In this document: piece after piece, positions 37,213 to 47,065 of the stretch
How the letters are laid out: each line of letters opens with the position of its first letter
How positions within the stretch are numbered: position 1 is the stretch's first letter
Source: an uncultured Chloroflexia bacterium
GTDB taxonomy: Bacteria; Chloroflexota; Limnocylindria; Limnocylindrales; CSP1-4
Reading direction: 5' to 3'
DNA: 64,000 bases
Assembly (NCBI GenBank): GCA_963819655.1
Contig: CAWFXA010000003.1
Coordinates: 96,001 to 160,000 of the forward strand
The notes under the pieces: model-generated
What the model saw: only the letters and a program-made list of their open reading frames with translations
Told to the model about the DNA's origin: nothing
Databases searched by the model: none
Position numbers and translations under genes: made by a program

Positions 37213-39188
37213 GGGTTCCGGAAGGGTCGCCGCGCCCAGACGAGCAGTCCGGCCGCCGCGCCGAGCACGATGACCAGCGCAGCGGCCTGACCCGCACCGA
37301 AGACCGCGAGGACAAGGCCGACGAGCCCGCCGATGAGGAGCATGGCCTGAGCGCCGGCCATCGACCGGTCCGGAAGCGTCGGCGTCTCCGGATGCATCGC
37401 CCGCCGCTCGCGCTGGTCCCAGTCATGCCAGCGCGCCGTCCCGACCTTGGCCAGGGCGAAGAACAAGCCGACCGTGAGAGCGACGCCCAGCACGACGGGG
37501 CCGAGGCTGGCCAGTACATCCGCGATGTCGCCGAGCCCCAGCCAGTCGAGGACCGCGCCGACGACCGCCCCGATCGCGGTCACGGGAGCGGACACGATCT
37601 GGTGCCCCGGCAGCCTGTCCCACGCCGCCACGAGCAGATCGCCGGCGCGAGTGAGACGCCGGTCGCCGACGGCCTCGAGCAGGATCAGCGCGAGGACCGT
37701 GCCGATCGTCGCCACCGAGCACAGCCAGCTCCAGGCCGCCAGCGTCGAGACCCGCTGGCGGCGCCACACGATCCGCCTGGTCCGGTCGGTTCGATCGCGG
37801 TAGAAGCGCGACGCCGAGGCGTCGCCGCGAGCCGCGTCGATGTGGCGGACCAGGGGGATCAGGAACCCCTCCGGGTTCGCCCAATACGCGCCGTGATCGG
37901 TCAGGACGTTCATCTCGTTGGTGACGGGCCGGGACTCGACCATGATGGTCGCAGGCGGTGGTGTCGGCACGGGTTCGCCGGGCAGCGTCACCGGCGCCTG
38001 CATGAGCCACGGGACGTCGGTCGAGTCGCCGGTCGCTACGGCGGTGACCGTGGTAGCGCCGGCGCGTTCGGATGTCCCGGGAACGATGCCGCCGCGGGCC
38101 GGAAGTGGCCCCGCGGGGGCCGGGTCGTACGAGGCCCAGACGTCGACCCAGCGGAGTCCGGGACGGATCCGCGCGAGGTTGCCCACGAGTCGATCGCCCG
38201 GCGTGATCTCCTTGACGCCCGGATCCGCCGCGAGCCGCCATGCGAGACCGAGACCCTGGCCCAGGGTCACGAGCTTGTCGACCTTGAGCTTCTCGTAGGC
38301 TGGGTCCAGCAGAGTCTCGAAGCTGACCAACGCGCCGCCGGAATGGGCGACGATCACGATCGCGTCGCAGTCGTCGTCGACCAGGCGCTGGATCGACCGT
38401 GCAAGCCTGGCGCGCACGTTCGCCGATTGGACAGGCTCGTCCAGCAGGACCGGCAGGTCGCCGAACCAGTCGACGAGGAAGCTATCGATCATCTTGCGCG
38501 CGGCGAAATCGCGGACGACCGGGATCGGGATGCGCCGGAGCAGGTCATACCCCGCCAGGACGATCGCTCCGACGCCGCCGACCAGCCAGCCGACGGGTCG
38601 AGCGCCGAATGTCAGTGACTGGATCAGGTCCAGCCGCTCGGCCAGCCGCCAGTCGAGCGGCGGCCGGCCCGGGCCGATGACGTCCGTCGCCTGGGCGAGC
38701 TCATGGAGACGCGGCGATCGATCTCGGTAACCCGCAGCGATGCCGGAGACGACGGTGCCCATCCGGCGCCGCAGGTAGTCGATCGTCCGGCCCAGGCTCG
38801 GAGCCCGCAGGTCGGACGCCCACCACGCCTCGGTGATGACCCATGTCGTGGACGGGATATCGCCGTGCGCAGGGACAGCGACCTCGAGGTACGGCGGGGA
38901 CGCAGCATTGAAGGAGAACTCGGCGCGCCACACTGGATCGTCGATCCGATCGGCGCCCGTGGCCGTCGCCGCCCGCCAATCCGACAGGAGCTCGACGATC
39001 GGACCGGACCAGTCCAGGAACGTCTCGGCTGGCGTCTGGGTGCCGATGCCATGCACGAAGACGATCCCAGTCCGTCGCGCGATCGCGGCTGGGAGCTCGC
39101 CGGCGACGACGTGAGGTCCCGACGGGGTGTGATCGCTCGCCTCGGCGTCGGAAAAGACCGTGGGCTGGTCGTCGCCACGCCGCTGCAT
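37209..39188 (-). CDS. Membrane protein with alpha/beta-hydrolase-like core
   Basis: FVHGIG, AHSGG, LVTLG, YDP, TDHGAYW; several C-terminal TM helices. Confidence 0.75.
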   Translation of the reverse strand: MQRRGDDQPTVFSDAEASDHTPSGPHVVAGELPAAIARRTGIVFVHGIGTQTPAETFLDWSGPIVELLSDWRAATATGADRIDDPVWRAEFSFNAASPPYLEVAVPAHGDIPSTTWVITEAWWASDLRAPSLGRTIDYLRRRMGTVVSGIAAGYRDRSPRLHELAQATDVIGPGRPPLDWRLAERLDLIQSLTFGARPVGWLVGGVGAIVLAGYDLLRRIPIPVVRDFAARKMIDSFLVDWFGDLPVLLDEPVQSANVRARLARSIQRLVDDDCDAIVIVAHSGGALVSFETLLDPAYEKLKVDKLVTLGQGLGLAWRLAADPGVKEITPGDRLVGNLARIRPGLRWVDVWASYDPAPAGPLPARGGIVPGTSERAGATTVTAVATGDSTDVPWLMQAPVTLPGEPVPTPPPATIMVESRPVTNEMNVLTDHGAYWANPEGFLIPLVRHIDAARGDASASRFYRDRTDRTRRIVWRRQRVSTLAAWSWLCSVATIGTVLALILLEAVGDRRLTRAGDLLVAAWDRLPGHQIVSAPVTAIGAVVGAVLDWLGLGDIADVLASLGPVVLGVALTVGLFFALAKVGTARWHDWDQRERRAMHPETPTLPDRSMAGAQAMLLIGGLVGLVLAVFGAGQAAALVIVLGAAAGLLVWARRPFRNP

Positions 39189-39237
39189 GGCGGCGACTCT
39201 AGCACCGGCCCGCCGGTGCTCCGACTACCATGCCGTC

Positions 39238-39720
39238 ATGTACCTCGACGCGATGGAATTCCTCGAAGAGGAACGCGACGGATGGGCGCCGTACGAGGCG
39301 CTTGCCGCCTTGAGCGACGAGCAGTTGACCGTCGTCGTCGACGGTGCCCACGGCTGGTCCGGGCGCGAGCTGATGGCCCACCTGCTCGCCTGGCAGGGCG
39401 TCTCGCTCGAGGCGGCAAAGGAGCTGGCCGTCAATGAGACGAGCCCGACCATCGCGCGGGTCGATGCCGACTGGGATGCCCGTGGCGGCGATGTCGTCAA
39501 CGCGGAGATCAGCGCGACCTGGGCTGCGGTGCCGATCGACGAGCTGCGGGAACGCTTCCGCACCCAGCCCGGCGAGCTGCGTGGGTACCTGACGGTCGTG
39601 CCGGAGACACGCTGGGTCAAGCACGCCGATCACCTCAAGTCGTTTCACGACGAGACGATCGCCCACTACGAGGATCACGTACCGGACTTGCGGGCGATCC
39701 TCGCGTCGGCCGGGCGGTGA
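39238..39720 (+). CDS. DinB / maleylpyruvate-isomerase N-terminal-like protein
   Basis: GWSGRELMAHL, HYEDH. Confidence 0.8.
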   Translation: MYLDAMEFLEEERDGWAPYEALAALSDEQLTVVVDGAHGWSGRELMAHLLAWQGVSLEAAKELAVNETSPTIARVDADWDARGGDVVNAEISATWAAVPIDELRERFRTQPGELRGYLTVVPETRWVKHADHLKSFHDETIAHYEDHVPDLRAILASAGR

Positions 39721-40049
39721 CGCCCGGCGCGGTCACGCTCCGGGCGGTCCTCGACGCCGCCGCGGCGGCGACCCCGGACGTGGAGGTCACGACGGAGGAA
39801 GACGGGTCGGTGGCGTGGTCCGTTCGAGGGAAATCGTTCGCGATCCTGTCAGCGGATGGCGGCGAGGCATCGTTCCTGCTCGACCCGATCGTCGCGGGCG
39901 CCGCGACCCGGACGCCGGAGGTCACGCGGTCCGCGCGGGGTGCCGGCTGGGTCGCGATCCGACCGCGGGTCGTCGATGGGCACGTCGCCGACCGCGCCGG
40001 CGCGTGGTACCTGTCCGGGCATCGCCGGCTGACCGGCCCGGGCGCCTAA
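39717..40049 (+). CDS. Hypothetical protein (YjbR-like)
   Basis: GTGA overlap; WSVRGKSFA...GWVAI. Confidence 0.7.
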   Translation: MTPGAVTLRAVLDAAAAATPDVEVTTEEDGSVAWSVRGKSFAILSADGGEASFLLDPIVAGAATRTPEVTRSARGAGWVAIRPRVVDGHVADRAGAWYLSGHRRLTGPGA

Positions 40050-40091
40050 GGCCGGGCGCCTAACATCCTGGCGCCTAGCATCCCTGGCGCC
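40041..40091 (+). repeat. Tandem reiteration of GGCGCC(TA) gene-end motif, 4 copies
   Basis: Copies at 40041, 40055, 40070, 40086; the first contains the stop codon of the upstream gene. Confidence 0.7.
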
Positions 40092-40321
40092 CACCGACCC
40101 TGAGATACGCGCATCACAACGACTCAATGGCGAATCCGGCCGTTGTGCGGGCTTCCGGGGCGGCCCCTCGTGGGCAGACATCATGCGTACCGCGCTTCAG
40201 GACCGACCTTTTGCATGGTCGTAGGCCCGATCGAGGACGCGCAGCGGCCATTAAGTTCCACTGATTCGCGTTGTTCAGGGTCGATGCCCCGATGGCCCAG
40301 GCTCCAAGGCGCCGGACACGG

Positions 40322-40352
40322 AACGACCCCGGTCGGGTGACCGGGGTCGGTT
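40322..40352. terminator. Terminator-like hairpin after trxA
   Basis: CGACCCCGGTC-GGGT-GACCGGGGTCG; short U tract. Confidence 0.65.
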
Positions 40353-40372
40353 GGCGCTGGGGAGGCGAGCGG

Positions 40373-40717
40373 TCAGTCGGCCGCGGCCACCACGAATTCG
40401 GCGAGGCCGAACTGCTGCTCGAGCTGCTCGAGGGGCCGGAACCCGACCACGCCCTGCGGCTGCGAGCCCGGCTTGAAGAAGGCGATCGTCGGGATGCTCA
40501 TGATGTTGAACGCCTGCGACAGCCGGGGATTCGCGTCGACGTCGACCTTGATCACGTCGACGGCGCCCTCGTACTTCTCAGCGAGCTTCACCATCTCGGG
40601 GGCGACCATCTTGCAGGGCCCGCACCACTCGGCCCAGAAGTCGACGACGACCGGTCGCTCCGCCTTGAGCACGAGCTCCTCGAACGTGGCGTCCGTCGCG
40701 TGCTTGATCTCGACCAT
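40373..40717 (-). CDS. trxA: Thioredoxin
   Basis: DFWAEWCGPCK, SIPT; GAAAGGA RBS. Confidence 0.95.
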   Translation of the reverse strand: MVEIKHATDATFEELVLKAERPVVVDFWAEWCGPCKMVAPEMVKLAEKYEGAVDVIKVDVDANPRLSQAFNIMSIPTIAFFKPGSQPQGVVGFRPLEQLEQQFGLAEFVVAAAD

Positions 40718-40767
40718 TGATGCGTTCCTTTCTCACTCGCTCTCGGCGAGTGCCCGGGGCCTGTGCC

Positions 40768-41067
40768 CTAGCGGGCGATGTCCTGGATGAGGCGATACGC
40801 CTCGAGGACGCGATGGTCCGCGAGGCGGTAGAGGATGGTGTTGCCGTCGCGCCGGCTCGTCACGAGGCCGGCCCGGCGGAGCACAGCGAGGTGCTGGCTC
40901 ATGTTGGGCACCTGGCAGCCCACCCGAGTGCTGAGGTCGCTGACCGAGAGCTCGCCGATGGCGAGCGACTCGAGGACGCACAGGCGTTTCGGGTCTGCGA
41001 GCGCTCGACCGACCGCGGCGTACCGTTCCCGATCGAGCTCTGCCGAGACCGGCAGGTAGTCCAACAC
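40768..41067 (-). CDS. ArsR/SmtB-family regulator
   Basis: ALADPKRL, SQHLAVLRRAGLV...RDGNTILYRL. Confidence 0.9.
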   Translation of the reverse strand: MLDYLPVSAELDRERYAAVGRALADPKRLCVLESLAIGELSVSDLSTRVGCQVPNMSQHLAVLRRAGLVTSRRDGNTILYRLADHRVLEAYRLIQDIAR

Positions 41068-41074
41068 GGCCTTG

Positions 41075-41103
41075 ACGATATCAGTGTTTGCGCAAACACG
41101 CAA
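41075..41103 (-). promoter_or_regulatory. Promoter TTGCGT-N17-TATCGT with perfect 16-bp palindrome GTGTTTGCGCAAACAC (41084-41099), probable ArsR operator
   Basis: Palindrome overlaps the -35 and spacer; GTG 7 nt after -10. Confidence 0.75.
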
Positions 41104-41145
41104 GTAGCGCGGCTGGGCCCGGTCCCTGCGGCCGGCCCGGAGTTG

Positions 41146-42051
41146 TCAGGCGAAGAACGGCGGCGACGTCAGGACGTAGCGATCGAGACCGTCGACCGGG
41201 CCATCGGTGAAGAACAGCATCACGAACGGGTCGACGCGAAAGCCGCGACCGAGCAGGTGGTCGAGCGCCGGCCGCGCGGTCAGCGCGACGTCGAACGTCA
41301 CAGTCGCGTGCCCGGCTGCGATAGCGGCCGCCTCGCCGTCCGCGATCAGGACCGGCAGGTCCGCCGCCTCCAGCGCGGCATACGGTCCGCCCCACAGCGG
41401 CCGTCTCGGGTGATAGCCGTAGCCGACCAGTGACGCGCCGCGCCGGTAGACCACGCCCGGGCGCTGGCTCGCAAGCCAGCGGTGGTCCTCGTCCCGCCGG
41501 AAACCCAGCAATCGCCGGTCGACTTCGGCGAGCTCCTCGAGCGGCGGGCGTTCGGGATCGATCGGCTCGCGCACGAGGTCGGTTGCCAGCGGCTCATCGC
41601 GTGGAGCGCCCTCGAGGCCGATCATCGGCACGCGCGCGTCCAGTCCGGCCCGGAGGTAGCGCGCGATCGCCCGCGGGTCGATCGTCGCCACGATCGCGCG
41701 GTGTCGGGCACCCTCGTTCGAGAACGCCCGCTCGAGAAGCCCGCGACCGACCCCGGCCGACTGCGCGTCGGGGAGGACGAAGAACTCGGTCAGCTCGCGT
41801 ACGCCGTCGCGCACGATCGACCGCGCGTAGCCGACGGCCCGGCCGGTCGCGTCGTCCTCGGCGATCCACCACTGATCGGCAGTCGCGGCGAGATGCTCGA
41901 ACATCGGGCGTCGGATCTCGAACGCAGTCGGGTCGCCCGCCGTGGAGTTCGCACCGCCCCCGGTGCGCCGGCCTAAGTCGTCCACGGTGACCTCGAAGAT
42001 GTCGAAACAGGTGTGGGTGTCGGCGGCTGTCCCGGGTCGGTAGCGGGTCAT
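41146..42051 (-). CDS. GNAT N-acetyltransferase (tandem GNAT fold)
   Basis: FFVLPDAQSAGVGRGLL, AIARYLRAG. Confidence 0.85.
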   Translation of the reverse strand: MTRYRPGTAADTHTCFDIFEVTVDDLGRRTGGGANSTAGDPTAFEIRRPMFEHLAATADQWWIAEDDATGRAVGYARSIVRDGVRELTEFFVLPDAQSAGVGRGLLERAFSNEGARHRAIVATIDPRAIARYLRAGLDARVPMIGLEGAPRDEPLATDLVREPIDPERPPLEELAEVDRRLLGFRRDEDHRWLASQRPGVVYRRGASLVGYGYHPRRPLWGGPYAALEAADLPVLIADGEAAAIAAGHATVTFDVALTARPALDHLLGRGFRVDPFVMLFFTDGPVDGLDRYVLTSPPFFA

Positions 42052-42084
42052 GGAGCGAGCCTAGCCCGTGCCATACTCGGCCGC

Positions 42085-43131
42085 ATGCCCGACCCGGTCA
42101 CGCCCGCGTCCGACGCTGACCTCGAGGTCCCGCTCTCGCAGATCGAAGACGCCGCCGGCAGGCTCGACGGCTACGTCCATCGCACGCCGCTGTTGAGCTC
42201 GATGACGGCGGCCAGGTGGGTGCATGCGGCCACCGGGACGACGCTGGCAGACGGTCTCCTGTATCTCAAGCCCGAGCACCTCCAGAAGACCGGCTCGTTC
42301 AAGGCGCGGGGCATGACGAACCGCATCGCGACCCTGCCGAGCGAAGCCCGCCAGCGCGGTGCCATCACCCTGTCGGCCGGGAACGCCGGTCAGGCGTATG
42401 CCTGGGCCGGTGCCGCCGCCGGTGTCCCGGTCACGGTCGTCATGCCAGAGGGCGCGGTCCGCTCGAAGGTCGAGGCGTGTCTCGGGTATGGGGCGCGGGT
42501 CATCCTGCACGGCACGCACGTCGGTGACACGTTCGCCGAGATGGAGCGGATCCGCGACGCCGAGGGCCTGACCTTCGTCCATCCGTTCGACGATCCGGCC
42601 GTGATCGCGGGCAACGGGACGGTCGGGCTCGAGCTCGTCGACGACATGCCGGACGTCGACGTCGTCGTGGTCGGCATCGGGGGCGGCGGGCTCATCAGCG
42701 GCATCGCCTCCGCGGTCAAGGCGCGGCGGCCGTCCGCGCGGATCGTCGGCGTCGAGCCTGAGCGGTCCGATGCGGTCTCGCTGGCGCTCGAGCGGAACGA
42801 GATCGTGACGATCCAGCCGCAGTCCGTCGCGGACGGGCTCGGCGCGCCCTTCGCCGGGCGCTGGACGCTGGCGATCACCCGGCGGCTGGTCCACCACATC
42901 GTCCTGCTCGACGACGCCACGATCCTGGCCGGTCTCCGGTTCGCGCTGGAGCGGCTCAAGCAGGTCGTCGAACCGGCCGGGGCGGCGGCGCTGGCAGCCG
43001 TCCTCGCCGGCCGTGTCCCGCTGAGGGACGGCGAGCGAGTCGCTGTCGTCCTGTCGGGTGGCAACGTCGAGATGAGCCGGCTGGGCGATCTCCTGGCTGC
43101 GGCGGGGACACTGCCCGGAGCCAGCGCCTAG
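42085..43131 (+). CDS. Threonine/serine dehydratase (PLP fold II)
   Basis: EHLQKTGSFKARG, SAGN, GGGGLISG, SGGN. Confidence 0.92.
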   Translation: MPDPVTPASDADLEVPLSQIEDAAGRLDGYVHRTPLLSSMTAARWVHAATGTTLADGLLYLKPEHLQKTGSFKARGMTNRIATLPSEARQRGAITLSAGNAGQAYAWAGAAAGVPVTVVMPEGAVRSKVEACLGYGARVILHGTHVGDTFAEMERIRDAEGLTFVHPFDDPAVIAGNGTVGLELVDDMPDVDVVVVGIGGGGLISGIASAVKARRPSARIVGVEPERSDAVSLALERNEIVTIQPQSVADGLGAPFAGRWTLAITRRLVHHIVLLDDATILAGLRFALERLKQVVEPAGAAALAAVLAGRVPLRDGERVAVVLSGGNVEMSRLGDLLAAAGTLPGASA

Positions 43132-43541
43132 TCGACCCCGAGGTCGTGCAGTCGGTCGTCGTCGATACCCAGATGGTGGGCAAGTTCGTGGATGACCGTG
43201 ATCCGAACCTCCTCGGACAGCTCGTCGGGGTCGGCGAAGTCGGCTTCGAGCGGCAGTCGGAACAGGGAGATCCGGTTCGGGACGCTGATCCAGTCGGCAC
43301 CCCATTCGGTTCGCGCGACGCCTTCGTAGAGGCCGTAGAGCGTGTCGTCCGGCTCGAGCTCGCTCTCGCGGAGCTGCTCGGGCGTCGGCTCGTCCTCGAT
43401 GACGATCGCCACCTCGTCGAGCGCAGCGGCGAAGGGCATCGGGATCTCCGCGAGCGCGATCGCGACAAGATCCTCGAAGCGCCGGTGACGTGCGGGCGGG
43501 CGCAGACGACCGGACTGGGACCCGCGACGGCGCTTGGGCAT
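43128..43541 (-). CDS. Zinicin-like metallopeptidase
   Basis: LYGLYEG, TVIHELAHHLGIDD. Confidence 0.9.
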   Translation of the reverse strand: MPKRRRGSQSGRLRPPARHRRFEDLVAIALAEIPMPFAAALDEVAIVIEDEPTPEQLRESELEPDDTLYGLYEGVARTEWGADWISVPNRISLFRLPLEADFADPDELSEEVRITVIHELAHHLGIDDDRLHDLGVD

Positions 43542-43562
43542 GGCGCCCGTATCCTAGGGCCG

Positions 43563-44501
43563 ATGGAGCTACGGCCCACGGATGCCCCCGACCCGGATGC
43601 GACGCTCGAGCCGGCGGGCTTCATGGTCGAAGGTGACGGAGGCGACCGCATCCATTTCCTCGATTGGGGCGGTCCGCCCGATTCCGCGGCGGCCCCTGGG
43701 ATCGTGGCCATCCACGGGCTCGGTCAGACTGGCTGGATCTGGGCACCGGTGGCCCGCCGGCTGGCCGGCAGCGGCGGCCCGAGACGGTTCGTGACCATGG
43801 ACCTGCGCGGTCATGGCCTGTCCGACGCGCCGACCGAGGACGGCCGCTACGACCTCGACGTGCTGGCGAGTGACGCCGTCGCCGTGGCCGAAGGCGCGGG
43901 ACTGCTCGGCGATGGCGAGTCCGATCGGATCGTCCTCGCGGGTCACGGCTTCGGCGCGATCGTGGCTGCGCGGGCCGCCGCCGACCTCGGAGCAGGATGC
44001 GCAGGTCTCGTCCTCGTGGACGGCGGCTGGGAGACGCTCGAGGTCACGACCGGCGTCGACGCGGACGAGTTCCTGCGCGGCCTCGACGAACCGCCCGAGG
44101 TGATGCGCTCGCTCTCGGCCTTCCTGGCGGACCGGAAGGCGTTCGATCCGGGGACCTGGGACGCCGATCAGGAACGTGCGGCTTTGGCGACGATCGTCGA
44201 GACCCACGCCGGTCGCGTCGTCCCGTCGACGCGACCCCATGCCACCGAGGCCAGCGTCCTCACGATGTTCGCCTACGACCCGGAGTCGACCCTCGCCGCC
44301 GTCAGCGCACCGATCGTCGCGTTGATCGCCGCCGGCGACGAATCCGGATCGCGCGCGCGTCAGCTCGCCGATGCATCGGCGACGCGCGTGGCATCCGGGC
44401 GCGACCCGATCGCGATCTCGTCGTTCGCCCACGACGGTCACAACCTGATGCGCTACCGTCCGCGGGAGGTCGCTACCGCCATCCTGTCGGTGGCCGGCTG
44501 A
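43563..44501 (+). CDS. Alpha/beta hydrolase fold protein lacking the nucleophilic Ser
   Basis: IHGLG, DLRGHG, AGHGFGA at the nucleophile elbow, GHNL. Confidence 0.82.
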   Translation: MELRPTDAPDPDATLEPAGFMVEGDGGDRIHFLDWGGPPDSAAAPGIVAIHGLGQTGWIWAPVARRLAGSGGPRRFVTMDLRGHGLSDAPTEDGRYDLDVLASDAVAVAEGAGLLGDGESDRIVLAGHGFGAIVAARAAADLGAGCAGLVLVDGGWETLEVTTGVDADEFLRGLDEPPEVMRSLSAFLADRKAFDPGTWDADQERAALATIVETHAGRVVPSTRPHATEASVLTMFAYDPESTLAAVSAPIVALIAAGDESGSRARQLADASATRVASGRDPIAISSFAHDGHNLMRYRPREVATAILSVAG

Positions 44502-44520
44502 GCCGATCGCAGGGAGCCCG

Positions 44521-45636
44521 ATGCAGGTCGTCTACAGTCCGCGCCACCTCGCGCACGACATCGATACCGAGACGTTCATGGGCGTGGCGATCCCCGCCAA
44601 CGAGGTCGCCGAGCGAGGAGAACGGATCCGATCCGCGCTCGAGGCGGACGGTGGGTTCGCGCTCGTCGACCCGACCGATCATGGGGCATCGCCCATCACG
44701 GCCGTCCACGACGAGGGCCTGGTCCGGTTCCTCGAGGTCGCCTGGTCCGAGGTCCGCGCCCAGGCGATCCCGCGAGCCTTCCTGTCGGCCGACACGTATC
44801 CGAATGTCGCGATGTTCGAGGGCATGTCGGCCGGCGCCATCCAGCGGCTGGTCCGGGAGCCGCGGCACGTCGGCGGACGGGCCGGGTTCTGGGGTCTCGA
44901 CTCGGCGGCGCCGCTCGTGGCCGGGACCTATGAAGCGGCCCGCGCGGCGGTCGATGTCGCGCTGACCGCGATGGATCTCGTCCTCGGCGGCGAGACCGCA
45001 GCATACGGCCTGTGCCGGCCGCCAGGCCACCACGCCGCCCGGTCGATGTACGGCGGCTACTGCTTCTTCAACAACGCCGCGATCGTCGCCCACGCGATCA
45101 CCGCCGCGACAGGCGACCGGGTCGGGATCCTCGATGTCGACTATCACCACGGCAACGGATCCCAGCAGATCTTCTGGCAGCGAGGCGACGTCCGGTATGT
45201 CTCGATCCATGCGGATCCGGAGCGGGCGTACCCGTACTTCCTCGGGCGCGCCGACGAGACCGGTGAGGGCGCGGGTGCCGGTGAGAACCTGAACATCCCG
45301 CTCCGGGCGGGTGCCACCAACGCCGACTACCTGGACGCCACGGACCGGGCGATCGATGCGCTCGCCGGGGCACCCGGCTCGATCGTCGTCGTATCCCTCG
45401 GCTTCGATTCGTACGGGCTCGACCCGATCGGCGACTTCGCGCTCACGACCGAGGTCTATCACGAGGTCGGTCGGCGCGTTGCGGCACTCGGTCGCCGCCT
45501 GGTCATCCTCCAGGAGGGCGGCTATCACCGTCCCTCGCTCGGGGAGAATGCGCGGGCCTGGTTGCGTGGCGTTGAGGGGCGGTCGTTCGACCCGTTGCCG
45601 TCCACCGGCTTCACCGAGCACGGGACGGTCGGCTGA
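44521..45636 (+). CDS. Histone deacetylase family, acetylpolyamine amidohydrolase-like
   Basis: RPPGHHA, GGYCFFNN, DVDYHHGNG, SLGFD, QEGGY. Confidence 0.9.
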   Translation: MQVVYSPRHLAHDIDTETFMGVAIPANEVAERGERIRSALEADGGFALVDPTDHGASPITAVHDEGLVRFLEVAWSEVRAQAIPRAFLSADTYPNVAMFEGMSAGAIQRLVREPRHVGGRAGFWGLDSAAPLVAGTYEAARAAVDVALTAMDLVLGGETAAYGLCRPPGHHAARSMYGGYCFFNNAAIVAHAITAATGDRVGILDVDYHHGNGSQQIFWQRGDVRYVSIHADPERAYPYFLGRADETGEGAGAGENLNIPLRAGATNADYLDATDRAIDALAGAPGSIVVVSLGFDSYGLDPIGDFALTTEVYHEVGRRVAALGRRLVILQEGGYHRPSLGENARAWLRGVEGRSFDPLPSTGFTEHGTVG

Positions 45637-46265
45637 TCCAGGCGCTCGACCAGCCGACGCTCGAACGGGCGGTCGCGGAGCTCGTGCAGCGGGACGCCGA
45701 CCTGGCCGCCATCGCCGAGCGGTTCGGCCCGCCGCCTTTGTGGGATCGACCTCCAGGTTTCGGGACGCTCGTCCACATCGTGCTCGAGCAGCAGGTATCG
45801 CTGGCCTCGGCGCGCGCCGCGTTCGATCGCCTGGTCGCGGCGACCGATCCGTTGACCCCGGAGCGATTCCTGCGCCTGAACGACGACGAGCTGCTCGCCA
45901 TCGGGTTCAGCCGCCAGAAGGCGCGCTACGGCCGAGCGCTGGCGACCGCGCTCATCGATGGCACGCTCGATCTGGACGGTCTCGCTGCGCTCGACGACGA
46001 AAGCGCGCAGCGATCGCTCGAGACGATCCCCGGCATCGGTCGTTGGACGTCCACGATCTACCTGCTCATGGTCCTCGGCCGCCCCGACGTCTGGCCGGCC
46101 GGGGACATGGCGCTGGCGACCGCGGTCGCGCAGGCGAAGGGTCTCCCGACACGGCCCAGCCCGGACGAGCTGACGCTCATCGGCGAGGCGTGGCGGCCAT
46201 GGCGATCCGTCGCCGCGCGGCTCTTGTGGCACGACTATCTGGCGCGTCGGCGCACCACTCCGTGA
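45633..46265 (+). CDS. alkA: DNA-3-methyladenine glycosylase II (HhH-GPD)
   Basis: ILEQQVS-like VLEQQVS, GIGRWT, DVWPAGD, WRPWRS; start may be CTG 45633 or GTG 45684. Confidence 0.88.
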   Translation: MIQALDQPTLERAVAELVQRDADLAAIAERFGPPPLWDRPPGFGTLVHIVLEQQVSLASARAAFDRLVAATDPLTPERFLRLNDDELLAIGFSRQKARYGRALATALIDGTLDLDGLAALDDESAQRSLETIPGIGRWTSTIYLLMVLGRPDVWPAGDMALATAVAQAKGLPTRPSPDELTLIGEAWRPWRSVAARLLWHDYLARRRTTP

Positions 46266-46275
46266 CGGTCCGTGC

Positions 46276-47028
46276 GTGGGCGACACGTCCCCGCAACCCA
46301 CCAAACCGCAGCGCAATGGTCCGTGTCGCAGCAGGGCGCGTATCCTCGAGGGACGGTCGCGGGGCCCGTCGCTGTGGGGCCTCGTCAGGAGGAGACCTAT
46401 CAGCCGCATCAGCCGGATCGACCCGCTCTATCGTCAGACTGCCGTCGGGATCGGATTCGGGCTGCTCATCGCGCTCGTGCTCGCCAGGACGCTGTCAGCG
46501 ATGGTGCCAGCCGCGTCCGGACCCGGCCCGCAGGAGCTGGTGGCGGTCCCGCCGGTCTCGGCATCGCCCGGTCCGGTCGTGGCGGACCCGACCGCGGCCG
46601 GTGCCAGTCCGACGTTGTCCACCTCGCCCGGCACCCTGACTACCGCCTCGCCCGCGCCGACCCTGCCCGACACCCCCGGCGGCCCGACCGGTGGCCCGGC
46701 CGGGCCCAGCGCGACGCCCTCGACGACATCTGGCGGCGGGACGAGCCCAATCGGCCCGACGACACCGGGCGAGCCGACCCCGGCCGGCCCGACCACACCC
46801 CCGGCCGCCGCGCCGACGGCCCCTCCGACCGCGCCAGCGACGGCTGCGCCGACCCCCCGCCCGACAGATGCGCCGACTCCGCGCCCCACGGCAGCGCCCA
46901 CGCCGCGACCGACAGCAGCCCCGACGCCGCGACCGACACCGGTGCCCACACCCGACCCGACGCCGCCGCCTACGCCGGCACCCACCCCGACGCCCCTTAT
47001 CTGTCTCCCGATCGTCGGCTGCGTGTAG
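46276..47028 (+). CDS. Pro/Thr-rich membrane-anchored protein
   Basis: One TM helix, PTAAPTPR repeats, C-terminal CLPIVGC; start uncertain. Confidence 0.65.
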   Translation: MGDTSPQPTKPQRNGPCRSRARILEGRSRGPSLWGLVRRRPISRISRIDPLYRQTAVGIGFGLLIALVLARTLSAMVPAASGPGPQELVAVPPVSASPGPVVADPTAAGASPTLSTSPGTLTTASPAPTLPDTPGGPTGGPAGPSATPSTTSGGGTSPIGPTTPGEPTPAGPTTPPAAAPTAPPTAPATAAPTPRPTDAPTPRPTAAPTPRPTAAPTPRPTPVPTPDPTPPPTPAPTPTPLICLPIVGCV

Positions 47029-47065
47029 GGACCGTCGATCGACTCCGGCGTACCATCTCCGGACC

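Noticed and set aside
46780-47000. DNA tandem repeat element
   Set aside because: Explained by coding PTAAPTPR linker repeats
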